Source: Psammoneis japonica (Eukaryota). Taken from it: a stretch of DNA of 64,000 nt. Within the stretch, counting starts at the first letter, position 1; the number at the start of each line of letters is the position of its first letter. Shown piece by piece: positions 63,026 to 64,000 of this stretch. A model generated the notes under the pieces. That model was not told the DNA's origin, made no database searches, and saw only the letters and a program-made list of their open reading frames with translations. The DNA lies in contig QPGO01000036.1 of NCBI GenBank assembly GCA_008632985.1, positions 1 to 64,000 of the forward strand. The letters run 5' to 3'. Made by a program: the position numbers and the translations under genes.

Positions 63026-63347
63026 TGCAGCATGCATGCAGACAAAAGGTTATTTTTGTCACGCCCTTTGTGACATTTAAACTGTAACACGTCGCCGTGA
63101 TACATTAACTCTTATTAGTAGCTGTATATTGCACTCCTCCCCATGTATCACGCGCAGAACTAATGTGCACTGACACTGCACGTTTTTGGCGGAACAGTGT
63201 GGGTACGTACAAAGGAACATACAGAACTGCACAGAGTTTTACGCGTTCGACAGTGATCAACGTTGCTGCAGACAACTCCCACTCAGGGTTTCGAACCCCT
63301 GGCCTCCTGCCTAATGGTCACGCATTGAACCACTCCGCTATGAATTC
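63026..63347 (-). mobile_element. tRNA-derived SINE-like element
   Basis: Minus-strand head gaattcaTAGCGGAGTGGttcaatgcg...GGTTCGAAACCctg with Pol III A box (63330-40) and B box (63287-97); cloverleaf imperfect, so not a functional tRNA. Confidence 0.7.
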
Positions 63348-63460
63348 ATAATGCAGCATGCATGCAGACAAAAGGTTATTTTTGTCACGCCCTTTGTGAC
63401 ATATAAACTGTGACACGTCGCCGTGACACATTGACTCTTGTCAGCAGCTGTGTGTTGCAC
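63026..63460. repeat. 109-bp direct repeat (63026-63134 and 63352-63460)
   Basis: tgcagcatgcatgcagacaaaaggttatttttgtcacgccctttgtgaca... occurs twice, with 9 differences. Confidence 0.95.
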
Positions 63461-64000
63461 AACCTCTTCATCAGCAGCAACACAGCATCACAGCAACATT
63501 TGGTTTTTTGATGCACATGGGTGCACTCACATGGCACCAACCAGTGAAACAAATGAGCTGTGTTGTGATCTTCCAGCTGTGCAGATTGCTGATTTTAAGG
63601 TTCAGCTCTCCATCTCCAGTTCTCTGAATGGGACAAAGAAGCTGCAGTCTCCTCCAGAAATGCCTCACCTTGATCTGCCTCTTCCAAGCCAGAGCACTCT
63701 ACTTGCTGATGACTTGTTGCATTTTTCAGGTCCATCCTTGGGGTTGCTTTTGTGCGGTGCATCGTGCGGCATGTCACACAAAGCTGCTTCAACCACGACC
63801 AGATTTGAGAAGTTTGTTTTGGTCAATCAGCTCGGAGCCACTCCTTCATCCCAGCAGAGGCCACAGGGCCTCATTTTTCTTCCAATCAAATCATCAACCA
63901 GCAAAAAGCAGCCACAAGTGGCTGACAATGATCTGACCTCAGCAGATGCACTGCACCCGGTGCTTCTGGCATGTCAGAAAATGACAGAACTCCCCTCTTC

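Larger units (their letters stand above)
62110..64000. mobile_element. Degenerate transposon domain, TpA-depleted, interrupted by a SINE-like insert
   Basis: TA nearly absent except in about 63050-63410. Confidence 0.6.

Noticed and set aside
63275..63347. Functional tRNA gene
   Set aside because: A and B boxes are present, but the acceptor and anticodon stems do not pair properly.

Overview
Eukaryotic, intron-containing nuclear DNA, most likely from a pennate diatom: short GT-AG introns and several signal peptides ending in ASAFAP-like plastid-targeting motifs. About 20 protein genes are recognisable. They include a two-pore channel, vWA protein, neutral ceramidase, a SAM-PH-ankyrin-R-SNARE protein, M17 aminopeptidase, HCF101, a RibD deaminase-CRM fusion, two RluA paralogues, a sulfotransferase, methyltransferases, purple acid phosphatase, an NSF-like AAA ATPase, an A-T-ankyrin NRPS-like protein and a CAR-like A-T-R reductase. 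Many carry single-base frameshifts that look like long-read assembly errors. Between the gene blocks lie five repeat/transposon domains that are almost free of the dinucleotide TpA. Direct comparison of repeat copies inside the window (the 515-bp TIRs of a DD34E Tc1/IS630 element, and a 109-bp direct repeat next to a tRNA-derived SINE) shows directional TA->TG/CA changes, more broadly WA->WG. This points to a repeat-targeted A-to-G hypermutation, the opposite of fungal RIP, or to a TpA base modification miscalled by the sequencer. It is the main candidate for an undescribed system. All counts were made by eye.
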